The notes under the pieces were generated by a model. It was not told the origin of the DNA and did no database searches. It saw only the letters and a list, made by a program, of their open reading frames with translations. Shown here one piece after another: positions 11,531-25,000 of a stretch of 33,803 nucleotides of DNA. The DNA is from Sphaeroforma arctica JP610 (Eukaryota), in contig NW_014040444.1 in assembly GCF_001186125.1 (NCBI RefSeq), positions 1-33,803 of the forward strand, given 5' to 3'. Position 1 is the first letter of the stretch; the number at the start of each line of letters is the position of its first letter. A program made the translations under genes and the position numbers.

Positions 11531-11829
11531 TTCTTCCCATCGATCTTTCCCGAACCACTGCAACGGCTATGAGAGCTATACCATATGTACATACATTATA
11601 ACTCATCCTATTGAAATAATTAATATTATCCCTATCGCCGGGTCTTACAACTTCATCAATAAACATGCCGCTATTGTCGTGACAATAATAACAAGAGCAA
11701 TTTTTAACCAACAAGCAATAGGTGGTTTAATCAGATCAATGATGACTCTTGTCATTGGTGCATCTGTGTTCTAAGATAGAATTAAGGTATGTGGCCCACC
11801 ATACTCTGTTTAATCTGAATGTTTTAACA

Positions 11830-14500
11830 AGGTTCGTAGTCGTTTTACGCTTGATCACAGAGAGTCTGCAAATTAAAATTGATCTAACATTCGCATTTTT
11901 CTAGTTTGTGTAACCATTCTGTGTATAGAAGATTTTCTATTACTGATATTTACTTTATATTGTCAGATGCTCTTCATTTGAGAAAAAAAAAAAAAATTTT
12001 GGTAGACACTCGAGGAACAGAAACTTTGACTTACACAGCATACCTATTATCAACAGGCTATTCATGTAGAGTATTTTACAAAGCGTTCTTGAGCCAGCGT
12101 TTCACATTAGAAGTTGGTTTAGTTGGGTTATCTTGCCAACGCCTGACTTTCGTCTATCGTCATGTTGACAACAAATCCTCGAACACGTCAGCCATTAGTG
12201 TCAAGTTTTTAATGATCATTCAGTTCTTTTTTGGCTCAATACGACATAATAACGTATGTAGCCGGAGTGTCTTTTTATACCCTAGTGTTCCCCATGTGCC
12301 AGTGGAAGACTTAATGGTTCGTCATTCCAATGGTCCGATTCCCTCAGTGTTGGTGATGTAGTTCCCAATCAGTTTCTAAGAACTCTCGGACTGTCCTTTG
12401 GTATTCTGATAGACTTCGGAGAAAAACTTTAAGTACTAATATATTGAAATATATAGAAGATGAGTTGCAGTAAATTGGGTGAATGACTGAAACAAGCCTA
12501 GTACACAGTTTGTTGGTTCATTCATTCACCTTTGATTTACCGGTTTTAGTTCGAGAGTTCTTTGTACTCCGAGTAGATCTACAAGTTCCAAATTCCTATG
12601 TACTTCCAGAACGCTTCTCAAGATTGTGCATAATTACACTTGAAATACAATTATTATTTATTTAGTAGCTCTAGTTATGATCGTGCTAAGCTTTTCTTAA
12701 CTTCTTTATATCTAATTGACAGTTAGCTCATTAAAATTGCAAATCCATAGTCCTACTTTCTGGGTAACTTCATTCATCCTGGAAGGTGGTGAGCAATACA
12801 TACTATGATATCTTCAGCTTTCAAATGCAGATATATATATCTTCAAGATTATGTCAAATTGTCTGTAAGTGTACCCGATGAATAGAATTACAGTTCACAC
12901 GACTGAACATATTTTGTCTAGTTATGATCGTGCTAAGCTTTTCTTAACTTCTTTATATCTAATTGACAGTTAGCTCATTAAAATTGCAAAGCCATAGTCC
13001 TACTTTCTGGGTAACTTCATTCATCCTGGAAGGTGGTGAGCAATACATACTATGATATCTTCAGCTTTCGAATGCAGATATTTATATCTTCAAGATTATG
13101 TCAAATTGTCTGTAAGTGTACCCGATGAATAGAATTACAGTTCATACGACTGAACATATTTCGGTAGCAGTTAAAAATTAAAAATAGACATTGCATTTTA
13201 GAGATTGGCGGTAGGACAAAAACACTAGTACTTCAGAATTTATATTATTTTTATATAAAATTTGCTACATCTACTAATGTCTGATATTGAGCCAGGTATA
13301 TGACATACATACCAAAAACTCACGCTATATGAGCCATCAAAAATGAATTTATAACACTTTGGTTATATTGAAAAGGCTTTTTCAGGGAACTTGTATTTGA
13401 TTATTTGGAAACAGATAATAGCAAATGTGTTATCTCATTTGAGCTTATTATTTCTGATATGTGCTATCGTAAACGAGACTAGACCCAGGCGGTCGTGTAT
13501 GCTATGAGATATTTTCGGCCACACGTTACATTTAAGGGGTGCCATAAATATGGTTTTGAAGTCGGAAGCTATATCTAGTAATTATTGCTTTACGGCTGGA
13601 TAATTGCCTTGAGAGGTCGTTTAGGATCTTACTGAGGATACAAACATGTCGCGGTCTATATTTATCACTTGATACACTCCGTTACCCACTGCGCTATGGA
13701 AGCATAAGTGGTCACTTTAAAGGGTACTCTGTCAATGGGGTGACGTACAATTTGAGCTGCTTGAAGTGCTTGCTTAACTTCCTTGTAGTCCATACTAATC
13801 AGACTTTTACCTTCATGTAAACTCAAGTGGCTGCTATAGGACGTACACCAACGAAGTTTTCAAATCCATAAAGACAATTTACGTATTTTTCTATAGTAAG
13901 AGTCTGCCCGTCAACTTCTAGAAATATAAAAGATTCAAGTATATGGACCTTATTTGTTCCTTCAATAAAATTCTTCTATTTTATTTAAACTATGTGCTTT
14001 TAAACGTGCAAATATCTGTACTACGGCATGTTTGTGTTCTGTCTTGTCTCTGTAAAGATATTTATACCGTCTGCATACGCCTGTATTAATGTATCTACGG
14101 CATATCAGAGAACAAATCATCCCCAGCAATATTTTTGAAGAAAGCAGTTAACAGATCATCATCGAATGAGACACCTCTAAACATACGTTGTTCTTCTCTC
14201 TACGCAAACGGAAAGTACTTTCTATGTGCTTTCAGGATTTGTAGTTGATAATGTACTTGAGTGATTTCTTTCTTTAAAAAAAAGGAGTACTTTGTTCTTT
14301 AATCGAGCAGAGCTTTTTGTTCAACCTAGGAAGATGGAAATTGTATGTAGGTATAATAAAATATGTTTTATATCGAAACACACACGTACCTTCATAGATG
14401 TTCCGTGTAATTTAAACTGGTCAACAGCTAACAGGGCTAGGCTTCGTGGTGTTGGCTCGTAGTTTATCCTAATAATCTGTCCAACTATTTTCCAAGTCTA
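11830..14500 (-). mobile_element. Decayed Ty3/Gypsy LTR-retrotransposon pol (RT - RNase H - integrase order)
   Basis: Minus-strand motif relics in Gypsy order: KVRVCFD and FHLPRL (~14320-14395), AYADGINIF (14054-14080, YxDD site), EHKHAVVQIFARLKAHSL (13986-14039), PFKVTTYAS (13698-13724, TDAS site), QGNYPAVKQ*LLDI (13570-13611), KYVQSCEL (12891-12914, integrase Zn finger), TKGQSE (12385-12402). Many stops and frameshifts; boundaries approximate; no LTRs recognised. Confidence 0.72.
12670..13161. repeat. Near-perfect 247-bp tandem duplication within the Gypsy integrase relic
   Basis: tctagttatgatcgtgctaag...gactgaacatattt starts at 12670 and again at 12917, with only a few substitutions. Confidence 0.97.
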
Positions 14501-14989
14501 TGAGAGATTTAGTCCTTCCATGTAGTCTTAGCTGATAAAGTATACTTAGATAATTCGAGACTTTCATAAGCGTGATTAAATTCATATTTAGCTTACCGCG
14601 TTGTTCTCGCTGATCTTGATATCTATATCAAAGCAGGTAATATTATTTTCGAGGGCGGAGCTATTTTCGTAAGTTTAACGTTGGTGGCAATAGTGGTTTA
14701 AACGTCGAATTTTTTTCATAGGTACTAATTCATTCAGTGGTCCTCTTATGTTTTACCACACAGATGTGCAACGACAATCTCTGGTGAATGACAACGGCCC
14801 TTGGCCCAGATTAATTCACGAGTCTCCCAAACGCTTTTCTGATATGAGGGGCATTGTCGGAGTGCAGTGTAGTAGACTTTAAATAAAGTGCAAATGTATA
14901 TATTTATTTCTGACCTCACTTTTGATTTTATACCTAAGGTGTTTGTGCTAATGTTCAGCCACTTGGGCTGCTCAGGGTAAAATTTCATA

Positions 14990-17700
14990 TGATCAGTTTA
15001 AGAAACCTACTGCAGAACACTTTTAACACTTCGGTGCTATTCTATTTCGACTTCTCTGCAACTAAACCTCACACTGATCACATGATGGCTTTCCGCATAG
15101 GTTGTGACTCACATGGAACACAGCTATTTTTAGAATGGTGCGGTTGACAGACTTAATAAAATCTCGAAAGTCGGTCGAGAAACTTAATCTGATCTCGGGA
15201 GTCGGTTCTCTCGGGAGTAATTTAGGCAACTTGATTAACTCTCAGGAGTGAGCTTACTCTGATGACTTCTATAAATCAAAGAAGATTTTGTGAGACCTGT
15301 GGTCTCTCAGGCATCCTCTTGATACCGCATAATAGCTGCTTCATAAGCTCAAGAGATACATGAGAGGATGCATGAGCGTTTTCTACCTTCTTCAACTTTC
15401 CACGTGCCCCTTTTTGTCATTGATGGACGGCATACAATAATGCATCTTGTACCACTTTTCCTTCTATAAGGATGCCGACTTTGAAACCGTAAATATGTTT
15501 GTAACGTCTGCATGCTTTCCCTAACGATGTGTGCGTAGTTTTACAAGGGCACTCTCTCAGACATTGACGGTCTTGATTTTGTACTCACAACGGTTTGTTT
15601 TTGGTTGTACTGCAAGTACAAATTGAGCAGTTCTTCCTTGGTCGTATTCCAATGGTACATTGAGCAGACCTTGGTATCGTTCTTCTCGATACCGCATGAC
15701 AGTAGCCTTGCTTACGCTTCCCGAAGATCGTAATCAAAGGCAGTAGACTTGTCGAAGCATACCTGAAGTGCATAGCCAAAGTCAGATTGAGCATACTTCA
15801 CTTAATTGAACTTACAGACAGATTTTCAGACATTGTTAGCGTTCTTTTCGAAGTAGCCTTGCTGACGTCTCTATGAAATTCGTAATCGGCGTGAGCTATG
15901 ATTTGGGCTCAGATATACCCACCTGTATTAGATCGATGCAACTTATCGTCGCTCTTGATGGATTTCAGTACATCAAAATGTGCGTGATGTACATTTAGAC
16001 TTGTTCTCTCACGGTGTTGTGAATAGTCTTATAAAGTAGGCTACCCTTGTAGTCTCTGTCGCTCCTGTATGATCACTTCTAAAGAGAAATTTGTTGTTTG
16101 CATAAGATCCACAAATATGCGATAGGTTCGATCAGAGGTACGCAGTGGCTTCGTTGGCGTGAGTTGTTGTTACATACGTAACCTTGACACTTCGCTGAGC
16201 ATTGTCTCTTCACTGGTGAAGAGATGTTTTTCTGACGGCGATTTTTCATCGTCAATTACAGAGTTACTTTTATACTTGCCCATGTTTTTAACGTACATAT
16301 TTCAAAACGTGTGCTAAAAGTTGGTTGCGTATCTGTGGGGTTGGACCATACGGTCCTGCTCTTGTGAAGTACTGGACACTGCTACTAACAGTGGTTGACA
16401 TCAAAGTATACGTTCTCTGATGGAAGAATAGGATTGATTGTATAAATCACTTATTTACGAATCGCCGGCACATGTGGTTTTTTATGATTATCATAGGACT
16501 GCTACCAGTAGCAGATGTGTTTGGTTGTGCTCTTATAATGAGTATTTCACTGATTATAATTGCATTTCTTTAGTAATCTAATTGAAATCAGTTTGCTTAC
16601 ATAAATCTGCAATCGGAGTCAAAGTAACTTCGCCAAGTGAGGCATAGTAAATGAAACCTCGTGTTCCGGCTCGTCTATAGTGTTATTAATTATTTGTAAT
16701 AATTGTACCTTAAAAAAATCTTTCTTAACATTAAGGTTGCAGCACCTATCTTTATGGATGTTTTCGCCGATGAAGTATTGAATTGTTCCTTCCTCGTAGC
16801 AGCCTCGCAATCTGAATCAGTTTTAGGGTTTTTGTATGGTATTTCGACCTGCCGGTTTCTCACCGCATATTCGTCGAGTTTTATTCGCTTAAAGTCGACT
16901 ATGTCTCTAGTTTGAGGCAGGTTTATCTGATCTTTGCCAAGCTGTCTGGCGTCTTGTTTCTGACAGGTCTACGCCGGAAATTGTATGGATATAAAAGAGG
17001 TTCCACGTCAGCTTGAGTTCGTGCAAACTTTAAAGATATATTGCCTATATGCTGCGATACTCGTTAGATACGAGATTTTTAGTGACTAACACACGATGTG
17101 CACTTCTATCAAAAGCTACATGTATATACTAGAAAGCAAACTCAACAAGGACTTAGGATGTCATCCGAAGTGACGCCAAACTTCTGTTGATCCTAGACGT
17201 ATGGAAACTAGAATTGGTTTTAGCCTATGGGCATTGTCTCTCAGTATTGTGATTGTTTGAATGCGAGGATAAATGAAGAATATACAGCCGAGGACTTGAT
17301 TATCTCCGATGACAGCGTCATTGCAAATATTCATGATGTGGCCTCTCCAACGCACGTTTCAGTCGCGATACATTTAGAGTAGCACATGCAATGTCAAGCG
17401 TTTGGGCCCGTCTCCAGTGTTGCGCCGGGTATATATCGGGTCTAATCCATCATTTATGAGCATATGTCATCCTGGATTGATTGAATGCTTAAAAAGTTCT
17501 CGGCCGCCATTTGATTCTACCCGCACCAACGACGCAGGAAGAGGGAGAACAGATAAAATGTAATCATCAATTTGCCTCCATTTACCACTAAACTGAAATA
17601 TATAGTAATTCCCTTCTGCGCACTCAAATCCCATGTATTAACCGATGAACAAGTACCAAACTTCTAATATAAATGTGCAGAAAAAAGGTTTTAGTACTGA
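14990..17700 (-). mobile_element. Probable highly decayed Ty1/Copia pol (integrase - RT - RNase H order)
   Basis: Minus-strand relics in Copia order: VRVESNGGREL (17494-17526, cf. R.DNGGE), QVLGCIFFIYP (17266-17298, cf. VFGC.AY), LLVAVSSTSQEQ (~16355-16390, cf. RLVAKG..Q), NMYVKN (16284-16301, cf. QMDVK), HVISVRFSCREV (15049-15084, cf. KHIDIRYHF.RE). Each match is weak; order and spacing provide the support. Confidence 0.5.
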
Positions 17701-17759
17701 CGTGTTGAAATTCCAGAATAAAGCATTCGTTAACTCGATAGTGACAATAGGATGGGACA

Positions 17760-19100
17760 ATACTATTTGTTTCAATTTGAGGTAAATTATTAAGCCAGTC
17801 TATTTGCGCGTCAGGCTTCGAATACGTTGTAAGGGTTCTAAAGGGATTGAAGGGAAGTTAAGATTGTCGAACTGCACCGATGATGGAGGACATACAGTGC
17901 GCTTTTTCATGACAATGGATACAGTACACTTCCACCATTGGGTGAGAGCTAAAACTCGTGTGTCATTTTGTGGAATCAAGCTGGCCCACACTCGCAGTGG
18001 TAATCTGAACTGAGTCAGTTTATGAGCATGTCCGGAAGAGTTGAACGTGATACCAAGAATGCTAAGGTTTGTCATCCCTAATTATGTTTCAGAGCAAAGT
18101 TGGAGATTGCCGGGTGCCACACCACACATTTGATAAATTTGGAATATTCTGGATAGCCATAGCGAGAATTTGTCGGTACCAAATCTGGAAATAGTAGGTC
18201 GGCAGAGCGATGAGACGGGGTAAGGGGAACAACAATTTGTTGGCCAGTACTTGACGGGAGTAAATTGGTGTCCGATGTTCATGGAGAAGGAAGCTCTCGA
18301 GATGTTCGTTGAGAGTTCATATGCCGTGGTAGTCATGCAGATTTTGTAGTTGTCGTAGTAAGTTTGTTTCAGCTGGCGGTAGATTAGGGCCCAGCCATAT
18401 TCAGTGGCTGATACAAGCAAAGTGGCTCGATGTAAAAGTCTTATCTATCCGGGGCACACTGGACAGAAGCATCCACCAGTCCAGTAGTAAAGCAATTTGA
18501 ATAGGAACGTGTTTGTTTCTATTATGATACAAAAGCGGATTAAAATGTGTTTGCGGCAATGGGTGAAACTTTCATGGGAGAGCTTATCTATATCCGTCAT
18601 GTAAAGATCACCCATTACAAGTCGATAGTAGTATTGGCGGCAAGCCTTCCCTGCAATATCCTTAGCCGTGAGACGTCGCGTGGCCAAAGTATTTGGAAGG
18701 CTGTGGATAAAATGTCAGAGTTCCACGGCCATGGGCGGGTGGGGGGGGGGGGGGGGGGGGTTGTAGGCGTCTGTTGAGAGTGCTCACATTTGGGGGGCCT
18801 ACTATCTCTGCCATTCCAGCTTGGCGCAACAGCACCCACATGCCCGGAAGTACCATTTTACCGTATGCTTTTGTGATTTCAAGGCACACGTCATTTCAGA
18901 CATACTCGGATTGTTTCGTTTTCCATCGCGGCAAGGGCATGAGTATGGCAGGAATAGCGTGATTTGAATCCAGCTTGAGTGACATATTGAGCTGGGGTGA
19001 TTTGCTAATAGAATGGTAATAAATCTTTCTAACAAATCTGTGTCAGCGATGCCAGGCAGAACGAAATGTGTTCTTAAACTTTATGCATGGTTCTCGTACA
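17760..19100 (-). mobile_element. Degenerate, internally deleted LINE (copy B)
   Basis: CLEITKAYGKMVLPGMWVLLRQAG (RT D..KAYD motif, ~18820-18886), KYFG (~18685), CPVCP..DKTFTSSHFAC knuckle (~18415-18465). DNA is colinear with 22030-22890, 23440-23530 and 23890-24130 of copy C. Confidence 0.85.
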
Positions 19101-19339
19101 GTTTCATTAGTTTTCCTCCTGCACAGTTTCACTAGCCGTAAATCTTCATGATGAGAGGGTTTCGAGCCATTGAATTGTAAATGAACAGCGTCATCAACAC
19201 GTACTATAAGTAATACTGCGAATAACAGCCTTAAGGTAGTCAGAGGCTCATTCTTAGGTGAAGTATCTATTGCACCTTCATCGCCTCACATGCTCGTTCA
19301 AATCTATGTTTTACACCCTGTTTACACGCTTCTTTCGTT

Positions 19340-20130
19340 GTAACCGCCTTGACCATATCGTTGATATCATCTGGCTTTGCGGTGTGGCCGCGACATTCCG
19401 CCACCAGTACAGCAATTCAGTGTACACTTTTCTGTAGGATATAGGACAAATACTTTTGCCTTGTATGTTGTCGTCTAGCCTTGCTTGTCGAAATAGTACC
19501 ATAGCATGCTATTGGAAATAATTTGCTGAAAAGTCTAAAAAAAACCCCCTAAAACCTCTCACAATAAGTGCGTTGAGCTGTGACTGACAATCGTTCTATT
19601 TAAATCCAGCTTTTCATTCATGTGAGCGAGATTGGCTAGTAGCTGTTCTACCTTACTACTTTATACGGAATAAATTTATATTTATGCCATGTGATATGTG
19701 GTGCCGAGAGCACTATGTATTGTAAACGTGGGTGGGGACGTTATTCAAATTTAAGTTTCCTTCGCTATTGAAAACAATTTGCTGAAAAGTCTAAAACATG
19801 GTTCAAAGTAGCCCCCTCAAGGATCTCTCACAATAAGTGCGTTGAGCTGTGACTGACAATCGTTCTATTTGAATCCAGCTTTTCATTCATGTGGGCGAGA
19901 TTGGCTAGTAGCTGCTCTACCTTACTGCCTTATATGGAATAAATTTATAATCATGCCATGTGATATGTGGTGCCGAGAGCACTGTGTATTGTAAAGTGTG
20001 GACGTTATTCAAATTTAAGTTTCCTTCGTACAAAAACTTGAGCCCTTGTCGTACTGCTCCGAGTTGCCGTAAATAGTTCGCATGACCCAATTAACAACGG
20101 TTTCATACTTAATATAGGTAGAAAATTATA
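19340..20130 (+). mobile_element. Possible hAT-superfamily transposase relic
   Basis: AVTDN (19846-19860) followed ~40 codons later by CREHCVL (19971-19991) resembles the hAT TDN motif and CxxH motif; frameshifted and otherwise unrecognisable. Confidence 0.28.
19508..20028. repeat. Tandem duplication, unit ~256-265 bp
   Basis: gctattg.aaa.aatttgctgaaaagtctaaaa ... ggacgttattcaaatttaagtttccttcg occurs at 19508-19764 and 19764-20028 with substitutions and small indels. Confidence 0.95.
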
Positions 20131-20395
20131 TACTTTCAGGAGAACATCACCGCACATCTGATTGTCCAGCCCATTTATACAACAAATATATTGTACGAAT
20201 GATATATCCCATTTCAAAGAGATATCAATACCGTAAATAGTTTGCATGACCCAATTAACAACGGTTTTCATACTTAATATAGGTAGAAAATTATATCCTT
20301 TCAGGAAAACATCACCGCACATCTAATTGTCCAGCCCATTTATACAACAAATATATTGTACGAATGATATATCCCATTTCAAAGAGATATCAATA
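20067..20395. repeat. Near-perfect 164-bp tandem duplication
   Basis: ccgtaaatagtt.gcatgacccaattaac...aaagagatatcaata starts at 20067 and at 20231. Confidence 0.97.
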
Positions 20396-21382
20396 ATATA
20401 TGTTTGTTGTACGATCTGACGGGTGGGTATGCGATGTCAATCGTGCGTAAAATGAAATGAGAATACGCTTTTACTTTGTATGGCACTTTTTACTCGATCA
20501 AAAATATAATGGAAAAATACATTTTCCGCCGCAAAATGGTATTTGTGAAGACAATCAAGGTAAATGAGAAAATGTGCATCGATTTGTATGTATATAGTAT
20601 ATGCATGCGATGTAGGATATACGTGTTACTATTGTTGCAGACATCTCTAGTTTATTCAGATTTACAACTTCTGTTTCAAAATGGAATAAAAATTACTCGA
20701 AACCTCATTTCTATTTCTAATTATTAGACCACTCCCATCCCATTTCCAGAAGCTTTTTCTGATTCCAAGCCCCCTCCTGAACCTTCAAAATCGAAATACT
20801 GTCTTAGTGATCGGTGATATATTTGACCACGCAAAATGGTGATCAACGAAGATTGAATCAAATTGAAAATACAAAACATATATTTAGTGATTGCATGCGT
20901 CTTGAATAGAATACAGATTGCAAATATTGAAGACGTTACACTTTCCTCGCCCCTAAGTCTTTACTACAGGTTTAATACGGTTTTCTTTTATCATGCCTCC
21001 ATCATTGACTTTAGCAACAAGTATACAAATCCGATGTTTAGCGCTTACTACGCAATTCGATAGTTCGATTCTATGCTGAAGTAATGTACTTTTATACCAA
21101 TTGTGACTGTCAAGAGCCCCACAAAGTTTTGAGGTGATGTACATTAAGTTTTATCTACAACTAGAAAAAGATATATGTTAGATGCAAAAAGTAGTCAAGT
21201 CTCGTCACCTTACATGTTAAAAACTGTTATTCAGATATGTGAAACATCCCGTCATGGCGAAATGCTTCAGAGGGTTATTTGCAAGTTATTCTCGACACCA
21301 CCACATCACTTACGATTCCCGCTACTAAATGTACTATACAAGTCTACCCTGGGTACAACTCGTGCCATTTTAAGACAGCTTG

Positions 21383-21670
21383 ACTGAAAAGTTTGAGACA
21401 TTTTTTATTGTTTTTGTAGGTTGGTACCGTTTACTGTGTTCGTAATCCTGTATAGCCCAGATTCTCATATCGAGAGTGATTCGAATACCAGGTATATATA
21501 TATATAAATCTTTCCGATACTGCAGATGGAAATATCGTGAAGTACAAACGTACAAACCTGTTGCGTCTAATCGAAATCCGATCATGTAGTTGTAGTAGCC
21601 GAATACGCAAATGGTGATAACCGAGTATGTAACTGCGGATACATCAGAAAACTATCATTTAAGCCGTCGC
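21383..21670 (+). repeat. Copy of a non-coding ~200-bp-unit repeat family also found at 25.7-26.4 kb
   Basis: Shared blocks gattctca.atcgagagtgatt, ccgatactgcagatggaaatatcg, aaatccgatcatgta.ttgtagtagc.gaata.gc and atacatcagaaaac recur at 25780-26320. Confidence 0.85.
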
Positions 21671-22029
21671 CTTACGTTGTGCTACATTTTTTATTTCAGT
21701 AACTATGACAGAATAGTTGTGGCAAAAACGACGGATACGTGAGCAGTTGATCGATAGAATACTGCTCAGGTAGTATTCGAAAAACAATCCAGGTAATCTC
21801 GAATCAGTTTTTCAAATCGTACAGGACGAGAAAGATAGTCTTAACTGAGTCAAAATCAGTACAGGTATTCACAAGAAAGCATTTATTGCAATCGGGTCCT
21901 TATCTTCGACCCACTCAATTTTAAATATGTGGCCTGCAGATTGGCCTAAATTCTTATTTGTGTATCACCTCGCTACTATACAACTTTCAAGTTGAACTAA
22001 TCCAGTGGGGCGCGTGATTAATGGAGAGG

Positions 22030-25000
22030 GTAAAATTAATTGTTTCAATTCGGGGTAAATTATTATGTCCACATGCACACCAGGCTTCGCATTCGTTGGA
22101 GAGGTTCTGGGAAGATTTAAGGGGGGTTTAGACTGTCGAGCTGCAGCGAGAAGATCGGGGCGAGTAATGCAACGATGGAGGACATACGGGCGCTAATTCA
22201 CGACGATGGCTGCAGAACGCTACCACTATTGAGTGAGAGTTAAAAATCGAGTGCCATTGTGTGAAATAAAGCTAGCCCACATTAGCAGTGGTATTTTAAA
22301 CTGAGTCAGTATGAGTACTTTTGAACATGGTGCCAGTGCCAAGAAGGGCGAGGTTGTCATTTGCAATTCTGTTTTAAGTCTCGCAGATTTGGTCAGTACC
22401 GAAATCTGGAAATAGTTATTCAGCAAAGTGATGAGACGGGGTAAGAGGAACGTCAATCTATTGACCAGTGCTGGATGGGGGTAAATTGGTGCCCGATGTT
22501 CATAGAGATAGAATCTTTCGAGATGCTTGGAAGAGTCCATATACTGTGGTAGTCATGCCGATTTTGTAGCTGTTGTAGTAATTCCGGTTCAATTGGCGAT
22601 AGGAATAGGCCACATTAAAATACTGATACAAGCAAAGTGACTCGATGTAAAAGTCTTATCTACGGGGCACACTGGACAGAGACATACGCCAGTCCGATAG
22701 TCAAGCAATTTGAATTGGTACGTGCTTGTTGCTATCATGGTACAAAGGCGGATTGGTGTGTATTCAAGGCTATAGGTAAAGCATTTATGGGAGGGCTTGT
22801 CTCGGTTCGTGATAGGAAGCTCTACCCTTACGAGTCGATGGTAGCATTGGCGGCGATCCTTCCCTGCTATATCCTTAGTTGTGAGACTTGGGTATTATGT
22901 CGGATCTGCTTGCGGAGCTTACATAATTCTTTGTGTTGAGGTATACACCCGCCCCTCGATCCTAAATAAACGTAAATACTGAACTAGAATTCGTGCGGTC
23001 TGCTACGTGTCCAAAGCGGGTCTCGTAAGTGGGAGGAGTGGGTTTATACTGTTGATCGAGTCAATGTGTAGGCCAAGGCGGCCATGATGGAAATAAACCG
23101 TAGAAGAGAATAAGCCATTGCGCTGGTATAGAAGTTTCGGGAATGCAGTGCTTGTTATGATGGCTGCTGCTTAGATATATACTGAGTTGTACCATTCGTA
23201 CAGCAGCTGCAACGCGGAATGCCTTATAGGTGGAGCCCATGCAATGATGTTCAGATCATAGGTGGCCGTTGAAAGATTGAATGTCTAGAGTATTTCCAAC
23301 CAATTTCGCAGATGGCGTCAGCTGAATCCATGAAACCCATACGCCCGGAAGGATACTATGGCCTGAGTAATGCTGCCACGAAATGGTCCATGTGGTTTAC
23401 AAGTCGATGCCAGGGATGCTCTGGGATGATCGAAATCCTAAGTATTTGGAGGGTTGTGGATGAAAATCGGAGAGTTGGAAGGGATAAGTAGGCGTCTGTT
23501 GAGAGTGTTCGTATTTGGAGAGCCTACTAACGTTAGCGTGATGAGATGTCTTTTGATACGGAGAGGCGGTACCGCATGCAACATACTCGATGACCTCTTT
23601 CGGGATTTAAGAATTCTTTGTTCTAGACTGGACAGGCGACCTCAATTATTAACAGCGTTCAGGAAGGCTTGCATCCGTGCAGCCGAACAAGCTATAAAGA
23701 TGGAAAAGGAAAAGTTTCGACCGAAATCGCGCTAGCGTAATAGCCAGGGTGTCCATATAGATGACAAAAAAAAGCTGTAGACCGACAATCAAACCTTGGA
23801 GTATGCCAATCGTTCTATGGTATAAAGGTGAAAGCCTTTCACGATACGTCACCCGTGTAAGGACATTCTCGAATAATGCACGGAGACGAATTGCAGTGTG
23901 GCGCAATAGCATCCACACTGCGCGGAAGGACCACTTTATTGTATGTTTTAGTGATGTCAAGACACACATCTTTCCAGGCATTCTCGGATTATGTCTCACC
24001 TTCCATCGCGGCGAGGTGGTATGATTTGAGTTCAGCTTGAGCGGCATGGGTGGGGGAGCCAGGGTGATTTGTTATCAGCTGTAGAAGCACTTCTCAAAAT
24101 TACGTCAAACAATCTGCTTTAAAGTTGTGTCTTCTTTCTTCGGATGGACTGTCAAGAGGGTACAGTTGAGAGCTTTAGGGAATGTACCAGCCATTAAGTG
24201 GGTGGAGAAGGCCTCAGCCAAGATTTTAAAAATCAACTGCCAGGGCCAGGATGTCACATAGTCGGGGGGTAAGTTGATCGTTCTACAGCGGCCTTGAAGA
24301 GAAGGTTTAGTCGGGGTCACTTGAAGATCTAGTTCAAATTTGTGGTTCTCGTAGATACCGTGATCCGCTAGGAAGTATGTATGAAAAGAGGCTGGGGTTG
24401 TTGGCCGGTGATATGCGTGCTCTGTACCGGTGGAGGCTCCCGTATGGAGGTATTGTAGACGCCAGTCACCGAGAGCAGTGGCCTCTACCGTCTTTATGCG
24501 GGGTCCATGGATCGTGGATGCGTGCCCATACTCTAGCTTTGAAATTGAAATCGCCCTAAACGACATCTGGTTGAAAAGTGCCGATCTCAGGAGGATTCAT
24601 GTGGTGTTTAACTTTTTGTTCTGGCCCTGTTAGTGAGTCAAGCGAGAGATAGAATATAACCATTCGAACACCAAAGTAGGAGAAGAAAACTGCATATGGG
24701 GATGAATGGATGAGTTGGAACTTCGATGGGTGATGCTTGAAGAATAGTCCAATACCACAGTGTGCAGGATGTAAGAAGTTGTGTCGTGTAGCATGATGGA
24801 TATGATGTTTCGTGGAAGTACATACATGTTTTAGGAAAGTCGCATTATGCCAGGTTTCAACCACACGAATAACATTAACCTGATCTAAAATCGATATAAA
24901 GTTCAACCACATATCTGATTTCGTCAGATTTTTTCATGCTGAAATTTCGTGGGTTAAGAAGCGTCATCCACATAGGTGCTAACTTTGTTCGTCCTCTGAC

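Noticed and set aside
19508..20395. CRISPR-like or regulatory array
   Set aside because: Two-copy duplications with no repeat-spacer structure; eukaryotic context, no cas genes.
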